From a virus, in the IMG/VR virus record IMGVR_UViG_3300020179_002092, positions 1-64,000 of that record: 64,000 nucleotides of DNA. The stretch is one strand, 5' to 3'. Within the stretch, counting starts at the first letter, position 1, and each line of letters starts with the position of its first letter. The position numbers were made by a program, and so were the translations under genes. The notes under the pieces were generated by a model. The model saw nothing but the letters and a program-made list of their open reading frames with translations, had not been told where the DNA came from and did no database searches. This document shows, piece after piece, positions 58,356 to 64,000 of this stretch.

Positions 58356-60596
58356 CTATAAATTAATACTAGCAGAAATTTGTGTTTGTCCTGGCCCTAC
58401 AATCGTGACTGGTACTGAAACTGAATTTGAATTACTAGTGGTTACTTGTACAATATTGGTATTATTTGCAAATAATATATTTCTACTATTTGCTGTTAAT
58501 GTTATTGTGCTGGCCACCCTATTATTATAGAAATCATATGCGTTAACTATAATATTGGTACTAATTGCCGTGCCTTGATACGTGTATCTAGTAGTTGTTC
58601 CTGGTACTGGATTGCTTAAAGCTATATCAACTCTTGTTGGCATATTTTCTTTAAACATATGAATATCTACTCTACCTAAGTTAGGATTTCTAGTAGTTAC
58701 CCAGATTCTATTTTGGCTATCTACTCCTATACCTCTGGCTCTAATACTAGCTATATATCCTGGCTGCCAGCCTGTTGAAACATGCATAGTTCCACTGGCT
58801 GTACCACTAATCAGAGTACCACTATCATTAACCGTTACTACAAAAGTAAAACTATTTTCGTTCAATACATTATTAACTCTATAACAACCATTAGGTGCAT
58901 TACTATCTGCCACGGCCCCACTAGTTGTTATAATTTCTCCTGCTATTAAACCATGAGCAGTTTTATTTACTGTAACGGTAGTTAGTCCACCAACTACTGA
59001 ATAAGACCAAGAGGTTGCGTCAAATTCTGTTGTATCAAATGTATATATACCTGTACCTGCTGTACTAGCTATAACAATTTTATCGCCATTTGTATTGTAC
59101 GGCACCCATGTTAGTGGAAAGTCATTAGGAGTTAAAAAACTAATAGCGCTATGAAAAGTTAGTTGACTATCGTTTGCTTCAATTTTAAAAGTTAGCCATG
59201 TTCTGGCTTTTACAGTTGGTAATCTTGCACTATTGCTATAAATAAATTTATCAATAACAGTAAAAGTTATGTAGTTTACATTATTTTTTGTAAACTGATG
59301 TCCTCGTTGCCAATAGTTATTTATACCAAACGTGTTATAGTTATTAGCAGTAGGTATAGCAGCATACGTTGCAAAACTTGTTCCTGCCGGAAAATTTTCT
59401 ATACAATTAGTAGTTGCAATTGTACCAGTAGATTTTGTCCATTCTATCCTTAATACAGCTAAATCTGTTGTACTAAAAGGGGCGTAATAAAATACCTTTC
59501 GATTTTCTGTAGCATGTCTTATGTTACTAGGTAATGATGGAAAAACATTATTTGTAAGTGTTCCAGAAGGCAATTGACTGCTAGTTACTGTTGTTTCTGT
59601 AAATGGAGCACTAAGAGTATATTTATATATACTTAAATTCGCTGGATTAATTTGCTCTACTCTGCAAAACCATATATGACTAGGGTCTGTACCCATAAAA
59701 AATTTATAACCACCTAGATTCAATTGAGTGTAAGTAGGTCTGCTAACTCCGGCTGTTGTGCTATTATCTTCGTAAGTATAATTGTGTCCGTATAGAACAA
59801 CTGCTCTACACCCATTACTGGCAATTGCTGCAGCTTGTGCTTCATTTTCAATACCCCAACCTCTATACGCAGTACCTGTTACTGTAACCGTACCTCCAGC
59901 AGTTCCGCTAGGAGCTGTACCAAGTGTAATAGTAAAACTATTAGCATTAGGTACTGACGATATAGAAAATAGTCCATTAGGGGGGTTAGTCGAAGAAATA
60001 GCTCCAGATACTGTTACATAGTCTCCGGTAAAAAATCCGTGATTACCTTTATTAATAGTAATAGTTACACCAGAGTAAGACCACGAATCTGCAGTAAATG
60101 TTATATTTTCTACATGTTCTAATAAATGTACATAGTAAAAAGTATCTGTATGTCTCCAGCTATTGCTACGACGAGTCATCTCTTTACCCAGCCACCAGTC
60201 TCCTTGAGTATCTCCAGCTGAGGAGGTTCTAGGGTAGGTGGCCACAGTAGTACCTAAAGCACTTCTCCATACTCTAGTAGGTTTTGCAGACTCTAGGTCC
60301 AAGCTAAGCAGCCAATTATCAAATAAGCCCATCATAGCCCATAAATCATTATTACTTGCTGCCCATGCGTTACTATCTATATTATTTAATTGAATAGGAC
60401 CGTAATTATCCCATTCTCCGCTATTTGTGTAAGTATTATACCTAGTTTGCCACTGCCATATTTCTAGTGAGCGAGGAGAAAGATTTGTAAAATTAAAAGC
60501 GAAATTATCTAAAAATATTCTATTTTTGGTGGGATCTGGATCCATCCAGATTGATGGCCATTTATTGTAAGACTTGCAGGTAACTAATTTTGCCAT
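58356..60596 (-). CDS. EDPxP-family virion protein with two inserted FCCH-like domains
   Basis: MDPDPTKNRIFLDN, PSNIRH..RKVFY, GVDSQNRIW; 2x HG..GD/GE..T.SGA..PNG inserts. Confidence 0.7.
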   Translation of the reverse strand: MAKLVTCKSYNKWPSIWMDPDPTKNRIFLDNFAFNFTNLSPRSLEIWQWQTRYNTYTNSGEWDNYGPIQLNNIDSNAWAASNNDLWAMMGLFDNWLLSLDLESAKPTRVWRSALGTTVATYPRTSSAGDTQGDWWLGKEMTRRSNSWRHTDTFYYVHLLEHVENITFTADSWSYSGVTITINKGNHGFFTGDYVTVSGAISSTNPPNGLFSISSVPNANSFTITLGTAPSGTAGGTVTVTGTAYRGWGIENEAQAAAIASNGCRAVVLYGHNYTYEDNSTTAGVSRPTYTQLNLGGYKFFMGTDPSHIWFCRVEQINPANLSIYKYTLSAPFTETTVTSSQLPSGTLTNNVFPSLPSNIRHATENRKVFYYAPFSTTDLAVLRIEWTKSTGTIATTNCIENFPAGTSFATYAAIPTANNYNTFGINNYWQRGHQFTKNNVNYITFTVIDKFIYSNSARLPTVKARTWLTFKIEANDSQLTFHSAISFLTPNDFPLTWVPYNTNGDKIVIASTAGTGIYTFDTTEFDATSWSYSVVGGLTTVTVNKTAHGLIAGEIITTSGAVADSNAPNGCYRVNNVLNENSFTFVVTVNDSGTLISGTASGTMHVSTGWQPGYIASIRARGIGVDSQNRIWVTTRNPNLGRVDIHMFKENMPTRVDIALSNPVPGTTTRYTYQGTAISTNIIVNAYDFYNNRVASTITLTANSRNILFANNTNIVQVTTSNSNSVSVPVTIVGPGQTQISASINL

Positions 60597-60609
60597 GTTG
60601 TATCCTAAA

Positions 60610-60804
60610 TTATTCTTCTGATATTTCGGCTATAATAGGGGGGCCATAGGCTAATTTAACTGATTCCCACCAGATTAAAGATTCTGCTTCTGATTGCCAC
60701 GGTAACCCGTTGGTAGGGTTATGAGGCTGTTTTATTATAAGCCTATCATTCTCATAGACTTTTAACGTGTATTCAATAAATGTAGTTGAAAATATAGTAG
60801 TCAT
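60610..60804 (-). CDS. small hypothetical protein
   Basis: QPHNPTNGLPWQSEAESLIWW; GAGAA upstream. Confidence 0.65.
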   Translation of the reverse strand: MTTIFSTTFIEYTLKVYENDRLIIKQPHNPTNGLPWQSEAESLIWWESVKLAYGPPIIAEISEE

Positions 60805-60805
60805 A

Positions 60806-63800
60806 TTATTCTCTGTTATATAAAAAACTAATTACAAGATCAGTTCCCGCAATAGAACTACCTTTTTGCAGCACATCAACTGTAAAATAATCGCCTTTTA
60901 TTGAATTAATATTAACGTTAGATTCAATAGAATTAGTAGTAGCAGCTATAGTTAACTGTGCCACTTCGCTAGCATTTTTCTTTATACTTAAAATTATACT
61001 TGTACCGGTAGGGGCTGTTGAAACCTGTGCTCTTAGTTGGCTGACTAAAATATTACTTTGTATCCACCATCTACTGGTGCCTGTAGAAATATTTACTGTA
61101 CCAGGTAAATTATAGTGCCTTTCTAATATTGTAGGCTGTCCTTGTATACCTTGTATACCTTGTATACCTTGTATACCTTGTTGTCCTATTGTACTAGTAA
61201 TTTGCCAAGTAGTTCCATCGTATATAAATTCATATGTAGTACCGCTTATATCTAGTAATACATCATCTGCGTAACCTTCTATAGTACTACTATTTCTAGC
61301 AACTGTTAAGTTAATATTAGCTAAATTAGCTCCATCTGTAATAACTACGTAGTTACCTACTGCAGGACTACTAGGTAGTGTAATAGTAAATGTACCACCA
61401 CTAGTATCAACTATTAATTTATCACCACTTATAGCAGTATAATTTGCTGTTTTTCTTGACCACAGTGAGCTTCCACCAGTAGCTGTAAAAGTAATAGATT
61501 TTGGAACACTACTAGGGTTGGTTGTTATTTGTACACCACTGCCAGCTATAAATTTAACAGTATCTAAGCCACTAGCTACTAAATCTGCCTGACCGTCTAC
61601 TTGCCAAGTTTTAAAAGTAGAATTCATACCTACTTTTACAGCACCACTACCTAGGTTAGTTACATCAAAACCACTGTCGCTATCAAATCTTAGTGCAGTA
61701 ACACTAGACACTGCTTGACTAGTTACATTAGAACTATTTATAAGGCTAACTTCCATTAAAGTACCACTAGTACCTTGTATACCCTGACCAGCAAACTCTC
61801 CGTGTAATCCTTGTATACCTTGTACGCCTTGTACGCCTTGATTTTGATTAAAACCACCACCTTGTATACCTTGCGTACCCTGTATACCTTGTGGACCAAG
61901 ATTAGTAATATTAATAATACCTGCCATTGACCCATGATGTTGGCAATTATAATATAATGTATTTGGTGCATCATAAGGTACAACAAATGTAATGGTACCA
62001 TTATCAATACCATTATTGGTTACTCCAGTGTTGTATTGATCACCTGTACCAGTTGTTTGAGTCGTTTTTATCCAAAAAGTATGACCACTAGCAGAAATAG
62101 AAAAGTAATAAGTAAATCCTCTTATAAAGTTAAGAGTAGGATTATTAGATCCATTTATTACATAGGCACCACTTCCAGAATTAGTAACAGTATAGGTAGC
62201 TCCTCCTACTAATCCTTGTATACCTTGGTTGCCTTGTGGCCCTTGACATCCTTGTGTACCTTGAGTACCTTGTGGTCCCTGTATACCTTGAATACCTACA
62301 GCTCCGCTAAGATCACTTTGATAGCTCCAGCTAGTACCAGTCCATAAATATAGTTTACTATTATCAGGATCTTCTGAATTAATTGTATTTACTAAAGCAA
62401 ACTGACCTCCTACAATATTTGTAGGATTAGTATCTGCTAATAATGCAGATACTGTTGAATATACTTTTGCAATAACAAAACCTAAACCAGTATCGCCTCG
62501 TAATCCTTGTAGTCCCTGTATACCTTGTATACCTTGTATACCTTGATTTTGATCAAAGCCACGTCCCTGCAATCCTTGCAGCCCTTGCAGCCCTTGCAAC
62601 CCTTGCAACCCTTGCAGCCCTTGCAACCCTTGATTCTGATCAAAACCACCACCTTGTAATCCTTGTACACCTTGTGGTCCAATTACTCCTTGTTCACCTT
62701 GTGGTCCTGTATAACCTTCTGGTCCTTCTGGCCCAATTTGCCCATGTTCACCTCGTGTACCCTGTAATCCTTGAGACACTAGTAATGTCCAATTGTTTCC
62801 TTCAATAGGTATAATACCAGAAGTAAGTGTAAATATCATTGATCCACTTATAGTTCCTTCAGTAAACCCTATAGGTGTTCCACCAATAGCTGTACTTAAT
62901 TTAAATTGAAAACTAGCGTCCGGTACAGAAATAATATAGTAGTATGTTCCTAACGGATTATAACCGATAATTGTTGCTGTGCCACCATCATTAGTTCCAG
63001 ATACATATACTCTATCTCCTACCCTTAATCCCTGATCTAAATTAACTGGATTACAACTAATTATACCTGTAGAATTTATACTTATATTAGTTAGTGTTTC
63101 AGTTATAAAATTTTCTTTTACTAGCCAGTTACTACCAATATAGTGAACGATATCAAAATATTCATAATTTGCTGTTGAATTCCAGATACCTTTAGGAGTA
63201 AATCTTCTACCTTGTGTACCTTGCGTACCTTGACTTTGATCAAATCCACCACCCTGTATACCTTGTGGTCCTTGTGGTCCTTGTGGCCCATATGGTCCTT
63301 GTATACCTTGATTTTGGTCAAAACCACCACCCTGTAGTCCTTGTCTACCTTGTGTACCTTGTCTACCTTGTGTACCTTGTCTACCTTGTAGTCCTTGTAT
63401 ACCTTGATTTTGATCAAAGCCACCACCCTGTAGCCCTTGTTGACCTTGTGGCCCTTGTGGCCCTTGTATACCTTGTGATCCTTGTATACCTTGATTTTGA
63501 TCAAAGCCACCACCCTGTAGTCCTTGTGTACCTTGTGTACCTTGTGTACCTTGTGTACCTTGTCTACCTTGTGTACCTTGTGTACCTTGATTTTGATCAA
63601 AGCCACCACCCTGTAGTCCTTGTGTACCTTGTACACCTTGTGGTCCTTGTCTACCTTGAGTACCTTGAGTACCTTGATTTTGATCAAAACCACCACCCTG
63701 TAGTCCTTGTCTACCTTGTGTACCTTGTCTACCTTGTGTACCTTGTCTACCTTGTGTACCTTGTGTACCTTGATTTTGGTCAAAGCCACCACCTTGTAGT

Positions 63801-64000
63801 CCTTGCGTACCTTGAGTGCCTTGTCTACCTTGAGTGCCTTGTCTACCTTGAGTGCCTTGTGTGCCTTGATTTTGATCAAAACCACCACCCTGTAGTCCTT
63901 GTGTACCTTGTGTACCTTGAGTACCTTGAGTACCTTGTCTACCTTGTAGTCCTTGTATACCTTGATTTTGATCAAAGCCACCACCCTGTAGTCCTTGTAG
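60806..64000 (-). CDS. long collagen-like fibre protein (start beyond window) with cupredoxin-like and C-terminal GDYxTVD domains
   Basis: The frame of the 60806..62839 ORF stays open upstream (manual translation ..QGRRFTPKGIWNSTANY..GTISGSMIFTL..) into G-X-Q repeats reaching 64000. Confidence 0.85.
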   Translation of the reverse strand, partial: LQGLQGGGFDQNQGIQGLQGRQGTQGTQGTQGTQGLQGGGFDQNQGTQGTQGRQGTQGRQGTQGTQGLQGGGFDQNQGTQGTQGRQGTQGRQGTQGRQGLQGGGFDQNQGTQGTQGRQGPQGVQGTQGLQGGGFDQNQGTQGTQGRQGTQGTQGTQGTQGLQGGGFDQNQGIQGSQGIQGPQGPQGQQGLQGGGFDQNQGIQGLQGRQGTQGRQGTQGRQGLQGGGFDQNQGIQGPYGPQGPQGPQGIQGGGFDQSQGTQGTQGRRFTPKGIWNSTANYEYFDIVHYIGSNWLVKENFITETLTNISINSTGIISCNPVNLDQGLRVGDRVYVSGTNDGGTATIIGYNPLGTYYYIISVPDASFQFKLSTAIGGTPIGFTEGTISGSMIFTLTSGIIPIEGNNWTLLVSQGLQGTRGEHGQIGPEGPEGYTGPQGEQGVIGPQGVQGLQGGGFDQNQGLQGLQGLQGLQGLQGLQGLQGRGFDQNQGIQGIQGIQGLQGLRGDTGLGFVIAKVYSTVSALLADTNPTNIVGGQFALVNTINSEDPDNSKLYLWTGTSWSYQSDLSGAVGIQGIQGPQGTQGTQGCQGPQGNQGIQGLVGGATYTVTNSGSGAYVINGSNNPTLNFIRGFTYYFSISASGHTFWIKTTQTTGTGDQYNTGVTNNGIDNGTITFVVPYDAPNTLYYNCQHHGSMAGIINITNLGPQGIQGTQGIQGGGFNQNQGVQGVQGIQGLHGEFAGQGIQGTSGTLMEVSLINSSNVTSQAVSSVTALRFDSDSGFDVTNLGSGAVKVGMNSTFKTWQVDGQADLVASGLDTVKFIAGSGVQITTNPSSVPKSITFTATGGSSLWSRKTANYTAISGDKLIVDTSGGTFTITLPSSPAVGNYVVITDGANLANINLTVARNSSTIEGYADDVLLDISGTTYEFIYDGTTWQITSTIGQQGIQGIQGIQGIQGQPTILERHYNLPGTVNISTGTSRWWIQSNILVSQLRAQVSTAPTGTSIILSIKKNASEVAQLTIAATTNSIESNVNINSIKGDYFTVDVLQKGSSIAGTDLVISFLYNRE
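63200..64000. repeat. higher-order collagen repeat array: 9-bp GXQ units punctuated by GGGFDQNQ blocks
   Basis: Recurrent ttgattttgatcaaa(g/a)ccaccaccctgtagt and ccttgtgta/ccttgtcta units. Confidence 0.9.

Noticed and set aside
63121-63984. 287-aa K/V/D/H-rich ORF
   Set aside because: Shadow frame of the collagen repeat; the G-X-Q frame is continuous with 60806..62839
63200-64000. Possible CRISPR array
   Set aside because: Spacers are themselves 9-bp repeats in a coding frame; no cas genes

Overview
AT-rich segment of a lytic T5-like (Demerecviridae-like) dsDNA phage genome. Spanins indicate a Gram-negative host; DUF3460, BMP and Rieske genes suggest a freshwater betaproteobacterium. Plus strand: 1-3.2 kb accessory genes (UvsE end, BMP purine-binding lipoprotein, Rieske oxygenase); 3.2-8.0 kb seven tRNAs plus a permuted two-piece tmRNA interleaved with an Xre/MbcA-like antitoxin domain, a YkuK RNase H-like protein and glycosyltransferases; 8-32.4 kb T5-type replication block (D3, PC4, split ligase, D5, DnaB, primase, PolA, D10-D15, dUTPase, class II RNR) with an island (PsiE, DadA, DUF3460) between D13 and D14. 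Minus strand: PhoH, lysis cassette and ~28 kb of modular fibre/adhesin genes (Gly-rich, LamG, collagen, a 4-member paralog family). Main observations: two ORFs whose UAG stop donates G+1 of a tRNA, so RNase P would create non-stop mRNAs beside the phage tmRNA; a purine/methylxanthine scavenging pair; a duplicated fibre-tip module. All calls are by-eye motif recognition; no searches were run.
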